From Phallusia mammillata (lineage: Eukaryota), in contig OZ281496.1 of the NCBI GenBank assembly GCA_965637545.1, positions 4,712,001-4,776,000 on the forward strand: DNA of 64,000 bases. The letters are read 5' to 3'. The first letter of the stretch is position 1. Each line of letters begins with the position of its first letter. Under the pieces are notes generated by a model that worked only from the letters and a program-made list of their open reading frames with translations, did not search any database and was not told the DNA's origin. Both the position numbers and the translations under genes were made by a program. Positions 36,405 to 49,911 of the stretch are shown piece by piece.

Positions 36405-39400
36405 TACAAATACTAACTCAGTCAAACAAAATACATTTAGTAATACTAATTCAGTCAACTAATATACAGTAACTAACAATAATTCAGTGAAACGAAATAC
36501 ATAAAATAATGCTAATATCAATTTAATATCTAGTCAAAAAAAAAACGATTATCAACTCAGTTAACCAAACTACAGCAACCAATACTAATTCAATCAAACA
36601 GAATACAGTTATTAATACTTATTCAGTCACACAAAATACCTCAAATAATACTAATTCAGTCAAACACAATACAGTAACTAATACTTATTTTAGTCACAGA
36701 AAAAAACACAAAATAATATTAATTTAGTCAAACAGAATACATTTAATCACACTAATTCATTAAATCAAAATACAGTAACTAATACTAATTTAGCCACACA
36801 AAAAACACTAAAGATTATTAATTCAGTCAATCAAAATGAAGTAACTAATATTAAATCAGTTATTCAAAATATAATAACTAATACTAATTTAGTCAAACAA
36901 AAACACTAACCAATATGAATTTACCCATACAAAATACACTTACTATAACACTAATTTAGTCAATCCAAACACAATAACTAATACTAATTCAAGTAATTGC
37001 AGCAAGTAATAGAAAACTAATCAAACAACATACACTAACTAATATCAATTTATTTAAACAAAAAACGAACTAATATTAATTCAGTTAACCAAAATACAGT
37101 AATTAATACTGATTCAACCAAACATAACACATTTACAAATATTAACTCAGTGAAAACACGTCTTACATCAATTTAGTCACCCAAATTAATATAAATAATA
37201 CTATAATTTAGTTAATTTAAATACGCCAAGTAATACTTAATTTAGTCAAACAAATGACAGTAACTGTAACACTAATACAGTGTAATAACCTCATCTCCTC
37301 TGAACCGAGAGTAGTTCTTACAAGAAATCTAAATCTATGACGGTTACTTGCTCTCGTTGTTGCGCAGCTCGACGTAATGCGATCCAACACCGACAGCGAC
37401 GATAAACTCTCTGGTGGAAACGCAGAGCTTCTCTCACAATTGAAACGCCTTCCCTGGCTTGCAGGTTTTCCAAAGTGTTGCTCAAAATTGTGTTCTTGTG
37501 GACTAGTTCTCTGTTCTGCTTCAGTCGTTTGTACACTACTCGAATTAGGTCGTGCGACTTTGGTTTAACGAACTCGTCTGCAGCAATCGCGTTGTTCAGC
37601 GAACACTTCAAATAGTACTCATTAATACTCTCCGTTTATTCGTTATCCCAAGCAATCGTGGGAGTACAATCATCAAAGGAACGCCAATGTCATATCTCTA
37701 GGCGAACTAGGTAAGACAACGGTATGGACTAACTTACATGTGCAACAGTTATTAGGTCAGTCTGAGTGCTGCTATCGGTAAAAACTCCTAGAATTCGAAA
37801 TGGTTTAAACCGTACTGTAATTCTTGCTGCCTTTTTGACTTGAACTACAGCGTCATTAACTAGAGACATTTCTTATATCAGTCAAACAGAATACACTAAA
37901 TATAATACTAATTCAGTCAAATAGAATACACTAAGTAATACTAATTCAGTCAAACAAAATACAATAAATAATACTAATTCAGGCATACAAAATAACACTA
38001 ACTCATACTAATTCAGTCAACTAAAACACAATAATTAAGACTAATTCAGTCACACAAAATATCTTAAGTAATACTAATTCAGTCAACTAAAATGCAGTAA
38101 CTTATGCTAATTTAATCAAACAAAATACAGTTACTAATACTAATTCAGTCAACCAAAATACTGTAACTAATACTAATTCAGTTACACAAAAACACTAAAT
38201 ATTATTAATTAGGCGAACAGAATACACCAACTATTACTAATTCAGTAACACAAAATACATTTAATGATATTAATTCAGTTACACAAAAAACACTATTCAA
38301 TGCAATTTAATCATACAAATTACACTAACTATAATACTAACTGAGTTAATCTAAACACACTAACTAATACTAATTCAGTCAAACATAATATATTTAATAA
38401 TACTAATTAAGTGAACCAAATCACAGTTACTAACACTAATTCAGTCTCATAAAATACCTGAAATAATACTAATTCAGTGAACCAAAAAATCACTAATAGT
38501 AATTCAATCAAACAGAACGCACTAACTAGTACTAATTCAGTCAAACATAATATGCCAAGTAATACTTAATTCAGTCAAACAAAAGACAATAACTCTAACA
38601 CTAATTCAATTAATTAAAATACCATAACTAATCCTAATTTAGTCAAACGAAATACAATTACTAATTTTGATTTAGTGACGCAAAATACAGTAACTAATAC
38701 TAATTCAGTCAAACATAATACATTTAATAATACTAATTCAGTGAACCAAAACAGGGTAACTAACACTAACCCTGTAACACAAAATACTTTAAACAATACT
38801 ACTTCAGTCAACCAAAATACGCAAAGTAATACATAATTCAGTCAAACAAATGACAGTAACTGTAACACTAATTCAGTTAATCAAAATACACTAACTAAGA
38901 GTAATTCAGTCAAACAAAATACAATAACTAATACTAATTCAGTGATACAAAATACAGTAACCAATGCTAATCCAGTCAAACGAAATATGCCAAGTAATAC
39001 TTGATTCAGTCAAAGAAAAGACACTAGCTATAACACTAATCCTCTATCAAAAGACAGTAACTGTAACACTAATTCAGTTAATAAAAATACACCAAATAAT
39101 ACCAATTTAGTCAACTGGAATACACTAACTAATACCAATTTAGTCGAACAGAATACACAAACTAATACTAATTCAGTCAGTCAATTAAAATACACCAAAT
39201 AATGTCAATTTAGTCAAACGGAATACACTAACTAATACCAATATCTTGTCAAACAGAATAAACCAACCAAAACTAATTCAGTCAAACAAAATATGCCAAG
39301 TAATACTTAATTCAGTCAAAGAAAAGACAGGAACCATAACACTAATTCAGTGTAGCTCCTTCTTCTCTGAACCGGGAGTTGTTCTTGGACGGGGTGCAAT

Positions 39401-40745
39401 GAACAACCAAATCTATGACGGTTGCTTGCTCTCCTTGTTGCGAGGACCAAAAGCCAACGGAGGGCGGAGCTCGACGTAATGCGATCCAACCAAATGACGA
39501 TCATCAACTCTCTGATGTAAAACGCAGAGCTTCTGTTACAATTGAAACGCCTTCCCTGGCTTGCAGGTTGTCGAAATTGTTACTCGAAATTGTGTTCTTG
39601 TAGACTGGTTCTCTGGTCTGCTTCAGTCGTTCGTACACTACTCGAATTAGGTCGTGCGAATCTGGTTTAAGAATCCCGTCTTAAGCAATCAAGTTTTAAC
39701 TCATACTAATTTAGTCAAACAAAATACAATAACCAATATTAATTCAGTCATACAAAATAACACTAACTAATACTAATTCAATCGAAATTCAGTAACTGAT
39801 ATTAATTCAATCATACAAAATAACACTAACTAATACTAATTCAATCGAAATTCAGTAACTGATATTAATTCAGTCATACAAAATCACACTAACTAATACT
39901 AATTCAATCGAAATTCAGTAACTGATATTAATTCAGTCATACAAAATAACACTAACTCATACTAATTTAGTCAAACAAAATACAATAACCAATATTAATT
40001 CAGTCATACAAAATAACACTAACTCATACTAATTTTAGTCAAACAAAATACAATAACCAATATTAATTCAGTCATACAAAATAACACTAACTCATACTAA
40101 TTTAGTCAAACAAAATACAATAACCAATATTAATTCAGTCATACAAAATAACACTAACAAATACTAATTTAGTCAAACAAAATACAATAACCAATATTAA
40201 TTCAGTCATACAAAATAACACTAACTCATACTAATTTAGTCAAACAAAATACAATAACCAATATTAATTCAGTCATACAAAATAACACTAACTCATACTA
40301 ATTTAGTCAAACAAAATACAATAACCAATATTAATTCAGTCATACAAAATAACACTAACTCATACTAATTTAATCGAGATTCAGTAACTGATGCTAATTT
40401 AGTCAACTAAAACACAGTAATTAACACTAATTCAGTCACACGAAATACCTAAAGTAATACTAATTCAGTCAACCAAAATGCAGTAAGTTATGCTAATTTA
40501 GTCAAACAAAATACAGTTGCTAATACTAATTCAGTCAACCAAAATACTGCAACTAATACTAATTCAGTTGCACAACAACACTAAATATTATTAATTAGGC
40601 GAACAGAGTACACCTACTATTACTAATTCACTAACACAACATACATTTAATTATATTAATTTAGTCATACAAAAAAAAACACTATTCAATGCAATTCATT
40701 CATACAAATTACACTAACTATAATACTAATTGAGTTAATCTAAAT
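36405..40745. repeat. AT-rich satellite, about 33-bp unit, with two embedded non-repeat segments and a homogenised 67-bp dimer sub-array
   Basis: Unit about AATACTAATTCAGTCAAACAAAATACAGTAACT; interruptions at about 37281-37875 and 39350-39695; near-perfect 67-bp repeats at about 39955-40370. Confidence 0.93.
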
Positions 40746-41399
40746 GCAACTGGAATGGTGGCTTTCTGATGTACTTCCATTTTATATATTCTATGCGAAA
40801 TTTACCAATTTACTATACACATCATTTCATCTACACATATGATTGTTTTTGCCAGCAAAAACGAATGGGTCCCCACATGCGCGTTTGTGCGGATTTACGG
40901 TTAACAAACGTCCTGGTTATTTCTAGATTATTAGGGAAAAACCTAACCAACTTTAGCATTCACCCCAATTTAAAAGTTTTGTTCGTATTCTTTTTGCATC
41001 ATCGTTGTCATATAATTACAAAAAAACAGTAAATAAAAACAGGAAAAATACTTTCAATTTAATCTCATGCTTTGACCTTGATATTGTCGTTCAAGATCAG
41101 TTTTTAAACACAATTTTTCAAAACTGAAAATGTGCATGATAACTTAATAAAACGACATAGCATGCTGCGCAAAAACAGCTGATATCTAATCACCGACACG
41201 ACCGTCTCGTAAAACGTCCGTCTGGACGTCAAGCTGAGCATTCCCGCTGCATTCACCCGCCTTAAACGTAAACAAGTGAATTACTCCCTTGAGAGTTATG
41301 ACTTCTATCTGACTGACAGTATACACATATTATGGGCTGCACAAGTAACTATTTGGCCGATTAAGGCAAATTTTTAAATACTAAACGAATAGCCTACTG

Positions 41400-41616
41400 C
41401 AGGGGTTCTTAACCTGGGGTGCACGCACCCCCAAGGGGTGCGAGAACTGTTCCTAGGGGGTGCGGGGATGATGAATCATTAAGGTTGGTTAGGTCTATTC
41501 TATTTAAACAAATTCAGAAGGGGGAGCGAAAATTGGTTAGTGATTTGAAAGGGGGTGCGAAAATTGGTTGGTGATCTGAAAGGGGTGCAGCAAGGAAAAA
41601 AGGTTAAGAACCACTG
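41400..41616. mobile_element. hAT (Charlie-like) MITE, 217 bp
   Basis: TIRs CAGGGGTTCTTAACC / GGTTAAGAACCACTG; perfect TSD GCCTACTG at 41392-41399 and 41617-41624; GGGGTGC repeats. Confidence 0.93.
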
Positions 41617-41977
41617 GCCTACTGCAACCAATTGTTTAACATTTCAGCACATTAGGGCTTGTATTTTTGACCTTAAACTTATTAGTTTGGGGTTTAGGGG
41701 GTAAAAACGGGTGAATCCAAAAAACAGTTACAAAATTCTTTAGAATAGCTTACATTGCACCAACCAACAAAGCATGAAATCCTCAGATTATGTCATTTAA
41801 TCATGCAGTACAGATGTTTTATTTATTTTTTTACGTAGAAATGGACCCATAATACTAATCATAATTCGATCAAAAAAAAAATTACAGCAACTAGTATTAA
41901 TCTAACAAAATACACTATTAGTTTAGTTGAAGCTATTAGCCAGTGGTTATTATACTAGAGGCCACAGACCTTTTAGG

Positions 41978-42098
41978 CAGGGGTCAGCAATCTTTTTTGT
42001 ACCGTTGACCCCGGGATACATGGGCAAAATGTTTCAAAGCATTTAACCTGAAAAAGTACACTGCCCGGTAACGAACGCTTTGCGGACCGGCACCACTG
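41978..42098. mobile_element. Degenerate hAT MITE remnant
   Basis: Starts CAGGGGTCAGCAA, ends ACCACTG; flanks CTTTTAGG / CTTTAGGG are an imperfect TSD. Confidence 0.45.
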
Positions 42099-42196
42099 CT
42101 TTAGGGGTTCACAAAGCGAGTTACGTAGGACCACCAAGATCTCATGGCTCTACAGTCATACTTTTTGTCAGATTCATGCTCATTTTTACTAATAGA

Positions 42197-42440
42197 GGTC
42201 TCCCAAGCATTCCCAACTGAGCTACACAGGCCCGGTGAAAAAAAAAAGCCGAAAAAAAGTCCCGTTGCCTGCTTTGTATGGTGCACATGTTAACTTCGTA
42301 GTAGGGTATTCGTAGTAGGGTATAACGCCTGTAATAGCCAGGCCTGGTGTACTATGTCTTTTCGATAAGTATGCCGTGATCGCTTGCCTGCATCAACGCT
42401 TCAGGGCTGATCCCAGTAAGAATATATTCATCTTAGCTTG
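42197..42440. repeat. Copy of the tRNA-head repeat family (see 59017-59445)
   Basis: CCAACTGAGCTACACAGGCCC, CCGTTGCCTGC..CTTCGTAGTAGGG and CGCTTCAGGGCTGATCCCAGT blocks shared with the 59-kb copy. Confidence 0.75.
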
Positions 42441-42712
42441 AATAGTTAAGGTTTCGTTTTGCCTAATTTTTTTTATGTGCTTTCAACATTGTAATAAGTT
42501 TTGACCTGGAATTGGACAAATTTTGTTTTGTGGTTTATCGCGACCAATGAGCATGAATTTCTACTATTTTGGTTGTATTTTTGTCTGCATTATTCGTTGC
42601 GACCCATAGGTTGGAAAATACTGTCCTATATGACATGCAAAAGTTGTATGTTTTTATAGATCAATCAAGGATACGTCTTTTTGATAGCTGTTGCATAGAA
42701 ATCTTATACATC

Positions 42713-45700
42713 ATGTGGTTATTGTTTCTATTGTTTTTCGTCGGATGCGTGGAAGGTGAATGTCCGGGTGAGGATCTCAGTCTCGCTCCACGACCTTATA
42801 CAAGTAAGAAATCATTTTATTTGATAAACCTTCAATGTTAGGCTTTAGTCTTTAATATCGCTATTTGAACAAAAACTGAAATCTATTACACGAAAAAAAA
42901 CGATATTATTTATACAATGAAAACAAATGCACGTGTTTTTCTTTTTGCAAACCATAAATATATATGAATGTATTCATTACCGACTGAGAACTTATGAAGT
43001 CGGGCCAAAACACATTTCCATTTCTGCTTTATTTCTTATTGACTTAGACTTCCGTTGATTATTATTATTACAATTTATTCAAAGCTTTTTTTATTGACAG
43101 AACCCGAAAATCTCTCGGTTTGCGAGGAACCGTATCGTGGTCCCAACTGCACCTGCCCTTCTTCAATGTTCGAATGCGCTTGTCACAAGTTTGGTCGGTG
43201 TAAAAATCCAGGATGCATTGAGATGTGGTGGGTAAACAACTGGAATAACCAGTGTGGTGATTGGAGTGATGAGTTTGGTGATTATTGTCCCGAAGGCAGG
43301 TTTCAGTGTGACTGCTTCAATACTACTTGTAAAGGTGTAATTGGGTGTGGGCCATATTGGGCAGTGCAATGTAATGGAAACACAGAATGTATAGATGGCA
43401 GTGATGAAGTTAATTGCTCTTGTCCAGCTCATAAGTTTGAATGTGGTTGTTTCAAAACTAACAATTGTACAGAAGGTCGTGGTTGCCTCAAAATAGACCA
43501 CCTTTGCGATGGAATTAATGACTGTGGAGATTGGGGTGATGAAGTTAATTGCACTTGTCCGGCTGATACATTTGAATGTCGTTGTTACAAAACAAAGAAC
43601 TGCACAACTAGCAACGGTGGTTGCATCAAGAAAGACAAGCATTGTGATGGAATTAATGACTGTGGAGATTGGAGTGATGAAGTTAATTGCACTTGCCCAG
43701 CTCTTAAGTTTGAATGCGATTGTTACCAAACAAAAAACTGCACAACTTACAATAGTTGTGTTGGCAAAAACAATCAATGTGATGGATATGATGACTGTGG
43801 AGATTGGAGTGATGAAGCAAATTGCACTTGTGCAGCAGATGCGTTTGAATGTGATTGCTACAGAACTAGTAACTGCACAAATAAAGTTGGTTGCATCGAC
43901 AAATACTATCAATGTAATGGAGTAAATGACTGTTGCGACTTGAGTGATGAAGTTAATTGCACTTGTCCAGCCGAAAAGTTTCAATGTGCTTGTGTTGGAA
44001 CGAAACAATGCATTGGAGCAGCGGGAAGTTGTATTGACCGATCTTTGTTATGTGATGGTAATGATGACTGTTTTGATCGTAGTGATGAGACACATTACAC
44101 ATGCAACTGCTCTGGAGTTCACGCAAGATGTCCGCGCGATCCTGGTAACCAACTTCGCACATCTACTGGCAGATGTTTACCTGTAAACTGGATTGGTGAT
44201 GGATTTAAGGATTGCATTGATGGAAGTGACGAACTGTGTTCAATCACAAACTTTACATGTCAATCTTGCACAATGTTTGCCACCACTTGTAAGAGTGAGC
44301 AGCTTGTCAGGTATCTTGTACATTCTCCAGTCCCACAAGAGTGCAACACGGTAATCCAACCGTCGTGTGTTGATGACATCAACCGTTGTGAAAACAAGAA
44401 TGTGATTTGTGTCTCATCAAACTGCAACGAAAGGAAAAATAAATATTGCCAGAAGGTTTTTATTTGTGAAAATGAAGAAATGATAGCTGGTAACAACTTC
44501 TGTGACTTAGAAAGTAGCTGCAGTGACAAAAGCGACGAAATCAAGTCAGGATTTGGATTTAAATGCTCTGGATCATCGAGACTAGGTGATTGCGTTTTGC
44601 CCCAAGTTAACGTTTACGATTCAGTGGCTCAATGTTCTGATATGTCTGATCTTTGTTTTGTCAACGGACAGTTCAAATGTTTTCAGTGCCTGGATAAAAA
44701 GTTAATCATATCACCAAAGCAAGTTTGTGACGGTATTGTGGATTGTTTTGATATGTCAGATGAGTGTTTATGTTTAAATCAAAGTTTGTGTAAAGATATA
44801 AGGGGTTCTTGTCCGTCAAATCAGATGCATTGTCAAAATAAATCTGTTTGTTCGGATCAAAGTGGAAAGTTGTGCAATTCAAGTGTGCAATGTGTTAACC
44901 AAATGAACACGAAATACTGCTCGGTTACTAATAACTTGAAACAAACTCAGTGTTTGCCAGAAGACACCAAACACCTTAGACTTGACGAAGTGTTTAGGTG
45001 TGCAAAAACTGACAACCCACCATTAAGGTATTGGTTTCAGTATTGGTTCAAGGGCGATGAATTTGACCTTTTGTTTAACTCAATATGCGATGGAATAGTG
45101 GACAAGCTTGGGATGTTTGGGGAAGTGAATTGCCCAAACAGATTTTATTGTTTATCCAAAGAAAAAATCAGCATAGACATCTCGCAGGCTTGCGACGGAA
45201 AAATTGATTGCGATGATAGTTCAGATGAATTTTTAGGACTTTGTCACAATGTTCGCTTTTATTGCAAAAGCAAAAATAAGATTTCCATTGACAGAAAAAC
45301 TCTTTGTGATGGAATTATCGATTGTGACAATGAATCTGATGAAAGCAGATGCCGTTGTGAAAAAGTGAGGTTTTATTGCACAAATAAACAACCTTTGTCG
45401 GTTGAATGGAAACTGGTGCAGAATGGAATTCGCGATTGTTCAGACGGAAGTGACGAATGTGTAAACTTGGCTGGAGACGCATTTGCAGATGTCAACGAAA
45501 TGATTGCTAATTCAATTTACAGAGCAATTTTTTGGATAACAGCTGTGTTAGCCTTGGGTGGAAATTTGTTTGTGTTCATTGCAACTGCCTACAGCTTATG
45601 GAATGTAGACAGGAACAAACATGTTTTTATTAACACCAGTATTTTTATTCTTAACCTCTGTTGCTCAGATTTCCTCATGGGAATTTATCTGCTTGCAGTT

Positions 45701-46669
45701 ATAGTGCAAGCCACACAATTTTCGGGCTCGTATTGTCTATTTGATAAGCAATGGAGATCAAGTAGTTTGTGTTCAGGACTTGGAGCACTTGCAATTATTT
45801 CCTCAGAGGCTTCAGCGTTTACTATGACGGCCATGACTACTTTTCGCCTTGCATCAGCCTTCAAACCGTTTACAATTCGAAATATGGGTGCTCTTAAAGT
45901 TTTCCTTGCTGAATTGTTTTGCTGGATTTCAGCTGCGGTTTTGGCAATCATTCCCTTACTTCAAGTCAATTCAGAATACTTTACAACTGATATCTGGTTT
46001 CCAAACAACATTTTCGGAAATGACTTTGTTTCCAGGGAAAACATATCACTTCTTGCACAAAGAATTACCAGTATAGAACCGGAGAGTTGGGACCAAGTGA
46101 AACAAACAATTAAGGAAACATTTCCCCGCAACCCAATCAAGGGGGAGTTTGGATATTATGGAGAAACAAGCGTATGTATGCCACGTTTGTTCGCCACAAC
46201 CAGTGAATTTGCTTGGGAATATTCAACTTTCCTCATCACAATCAACTTTCTTATGTTCATCTACATGGTGGTTGGATATATTCTCATCTACAAACAAAGC
46301 AATCGGATGAAAGAAGCCAGAAGCAATGACGTCAGCTCCAAGATGCAGAAGAGAATCTCGAGGTTGATTCTGACCGACTTCTGTTGCTGGATTCCGATTT
46401 GCGTCTTGGGATATTTGAGTATTGGAGGAATCAAGATGCCACCAGATGCTTATGTGTTGAGTGCTTGTCTGTTGCTTCCAATCAACAGCGCTCTCAATCC
46501 ATTGCTTTACTCAAAAGCAATAGAAGATCAACTTACTAGGGCCAAAAAATATGTGAGACAAAATGTATCTTCTATCGAGGCAATTACAAGTCCCCCAACG
46601 GAATTGACTGTGACCTACAATGCTGGTGCCGTTCAGGAAGGCGACAGAGTCATTGAAGTGGTTGGATAA
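42713..46669 (+). CDS. LDLa-repeat class A GPCR (GRL101/RXFP-like 7TM, no LRRs), 1219 aa
   Basis: join(42713-42803, 43101-46669). Signal peptide MWLLFLLFFVGCVEG; phase-1 GT-AG intron; about 14-15 LDLa modules (CDG..DC.D.SDE); 7 hydrophobic helices with GN (TM1), NLCCSDFLMG (TM2), TDFCCWIP (TM6) and LPINSALNPLLY (TM7). Confidence 0.93.
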
Positions 46670-46852
46670 AGTTTCATCCTTGGACACAAAAACGTATACG
46701 ATATTTTGCTTTAAAATCGTTGCATTTTTTGAGGGATTAATCATGATAGCTTTTATCTGATTTTCTTACGATTTACAAATGTTTTCGATAAAGTGTTAAC
46801 TATTTGAGCATTTTGAGACTTGAAATTTAAATGCATTGTACTCAAAGTTTGT

Positions 46853-46947
46853 GCCTGGCGTACTTTGATTTATGTATATATTCGCCTTGATGGTTGGTGT
46901 GCATGGACGCTTCAGCGCTGATACCGTTTATGAATTTATCTTAACTT
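46853..46947 (+). repeat. Isolated B module of the tRNA-head repeat family
   Basis: GCCTGGCGTACT..GACGCTTCAG.GCTGAT..TTATGAATTTATCTTAAC matches the reverse complement of 59347-59445. Confidence 0.7.
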
Positions 46948-48089
46948 CTTACAATTGACGAAATAATTCTTTGCTTACTGTGAACAATTCGAAAATGGTA
47001 GTCGTTTGTAACATGTCGCATTCTTTGATGGAATAGCATATCTAATCATATTGTTATGTTTGTATTAATGCCATAAAGTTTAAACCGTAAACTGCCAGTT
47101 TATTTGAAACAGAATGCTAAGTATTTGTTGCGCAACCACAGTTAAAAAACATTCATTTATTTGTAACTTATAGCTTGTTGTGTTTTATTTAATGTGATTA
47201 TTTTATTTGTTGTGTAACTTGAATGTTGTGAGAACTGCGTTGTATGCTGCGTAATCAAGATTAAAATGCAAAAAGCTGATCAGCATGTGTACAATGTAGT
47301 TTTTACAAAGCAAGTTTACATATTTTGATAGACTTTTGCAACTTCAAATCCAAGTATCGTAAAACGTTTATAATCAAAGATGTTTGGGGGAATTACCTAT
47401 AATGGTTAAAATTGGAATGCAAGGAAAAAACAGGACTGTTATAGTTATGTTTCGTTTTTAATTATTATTAAATCTTAAACAAGACCAGATATTTCTAAGA
47501 ATTGTGAAAAACATGTTTAATTCAAAGTAAAAGCATCCAGCCAATAAATGATAAGCTGCCGACACAGCACACTGTTTTAACCTATAAGGTCTCCCAACAA
47601 ACTAAAGTGTCGTTGGATAGCTACACCAGCCAATACGACCGATCTCTCGTCACCAGCTGCACTAATGATACTGCAGCTTATGTTTAATGCTTTCTAAAAT
47701 ACTTGTTTGACATTGATTTTATGATAAGAAAATCTGGACTGCTTGCCAATTGTGGGCCTGGTGGGAACGGTATATTTGTACTTATAAAGCATACAGAAAT
47801 CCAACAAAGGGTCACACAGCTTCTTGTTCACTACAAAAAAGCAAACCGTCTCAGTAAGAAGTCAACCACAATTATTGGGCTTTAATACGATTAAACGTAA
47901 ACGGCTATAGGGGCATCCTTAAAGTCACTAAAAATGTTAATAATTTTGCGCAATTTGTGACGATGGGATCGCAGTGTGTTTACGAACTAATATATAATCG
48001 GGGGAATTAAACTAAGAGCGGTGTACCCCGGGCGTACTTGCATTGAATTATAATATCGAATAAAACACTATTTGTCTTATTTATTTATA

Positions 48090-48428
48090 TAGAGTTGTAA
48101 ACGGGCCTGACATTGGAGCCCCAACCCGGCCCGAACCCGAATCGTTTCTGAGTAGCTCGTTTAGGCCCGAAATGTTGATTGACAAGCCTAAACATTGAAG
48201 CCTCAGGAAAGACCAAGGCAAGGAACTCAATAGATAATTGGTCTTAAACAAGGCGTTTTTGGGCTGTTTGACATTAGGCCAGTTTCAGCAACTGGCTAGT
48301 TTAATTAATTCAACTTAGCTAGTTAAATTAGTTCAATAAATACTATAACATAGAGTGTAAAGTAAGGCCCGAAAAAGGCCTTTTTTAATGAAACCTAAGC
48401 CCGAACCCGAACTCTACTTACAATTCTG
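48090..48428. mobile_element. MITE-like element with CCCGAACCCGAA subterminal repeats
   Basis: Imperfect TIRs TAGAGTTGTAA / TTACAATTCTG; related copy at about 62325-62555. Confidence 0.55.
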
Positions 48429-48914
48429 TGTCATTAAACGTTATTTGTACAATTGTTTAACCATTTTACCAGAGGCACTTCAAAATGACGTCATGTGCGT
48501 GGTTTTGGTGGTACTTTATATCAGCTGAAAAATTGGAACAATCGAAACAATATTTTGATCAATAACAGACTCAAAACGTCGGTTGAAACGATACAGTTGC
48601 CAGAAGGGATTTAGGTAATATAACTAAGTTAAGCTACTTGCATTGGTCGGCTATAGGGAGTGAATAAATGTCTTTGAATTGGATTACTTTGCTCGGCTAC
48701 ACATTACCTATTTTGCCTTAAAAAACCATTGATTTGGGCCACAACGTGGTTTTTATTAAATGGATGACATGTCCTCAAACTGCCACCGATAATGATGTAG
48801 TATATTTAGATACAACAATACGTAATATCACAAAACCGTGCAAATCATCGGAAACTCTATCAAATTCACGATAAACATTATGTTAGTATATGTAGATGTG
48901 CACCGCACTAACTA

Positions 48915-49911
48915 TTAGGTTCCAACAGGTCGGTTTTGTACAGGTTGCAGATTGTTTTTTAGGTTTCTATTCCTATTACCGTCCATTTCAGCTAGTTCTT
49001 CTTCTGGTGGTCCGAAAGTTGGTGGCGGTATGACTGATTCCTCTTTGTATGCAAACTTGTCAAAAATATAAACAAAACTTTTTCCTTTTGTAACATTTTT
49101 TGCCAAATTAGCAAATAGTTAGTTTGCTAGAAGCCGTATTTGTTACGAATTGCAAATAAATTTATAGTTTAATGATGAAAATAACGGCCCAAGTAAACGT
49201 AAAAAAGCGACATGCTTTTTTACAATAAGTGTTTATAAACAGGTGTAACTGATGTGGCCTTCATATCGCTAATGATAGTATGAGCATTTACCGAAACGTT
49301 TGAACGCTTAAGCATGTCGTTTGTTACGTTTATTGAGGCCGTTATTTTCACAATATAATTTATGAACAGATCTTTATATAGTACTTCAAAATTCATCGTT
49401 ATATTGGAAATTATAAAAGGATTATGAATGAAATAGTTCTTGCCTGTACATTATTACCTTGGACATGTATCGCAATGTATTACCACATCTGAAAGTTGTA
49501 CCCTTGGGATATGCATTGCCTGGTGCCCGTGGTGCTGGTATTGATTGTAGATGTAACTGCGATGGCAATGGAGGTGCTGGTGGTATTGGTTGTAAATGTA
49601 GTTGCAATGGTTGTATATGTGGTTGCAATGGTTGTATATGTGGTTGCGTCGATGGTGCTGATGGTTCGAGTTGGTGTGGAAAATTCCGATTCTGAAAAAC
49701 ATCAGATTTAAACATTTTGATTCTAAGAACAAAAGCAAAACTGATGACAGCGCTGACAAACTGTGATGTTTATCTTAAACTACTTTAAAGATCCAAAAAC
49801 ATCAGCATAAACACATGTTACCACTTAGCAGGATAAACACATGTTTCATTTCGCATTAATCGTACTTACTTCATTTGTATGTAGTGAATGCTCCATTTCT
49901 TCATGTGACAT
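48915..49911 (-). CDS. Micro-exon family gene D (diverged, Pro/Gln/His-rich), about 138 aa
   Basis: Exons 49870-49911 (MSHEEMEHSLHTNE), 49458-49691 (QPHIQPL repeats) and 48915-49055 (..GPPEEELAEMDGNRNRNLKNNLQP..*), all phase 0. Confidence 0.6.
49170..49395. mobile_element. Penelope-type inverted pseudo-LTR, family 2, second copy (intron of gene D)
   Basis: Same core (GGTGTAACTGATGTG..CTTCATAT..ATGAGCATTT..CCGAAAC) and tail as 31460-31715. Confidence 0.6.

Noticed and set aside
38614-38811. Val/Leu/Thr-rich 11-aa repeat protein
   Set aside because: Translation of the 33-bp satellite; frequent stops and indels elsewhere in the array.
36405-40745. CRISPR-like array of 33-bp repeats
   Set aside because: Units are head-to-tail and degenerate with no unique spacers, there are no cas genes, and the context is eukaryotic.
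43163-44544. Antisense and alternate-frame ORFs up to 281 aa
   Set aside because: Shadows of the LDLa repeat region.
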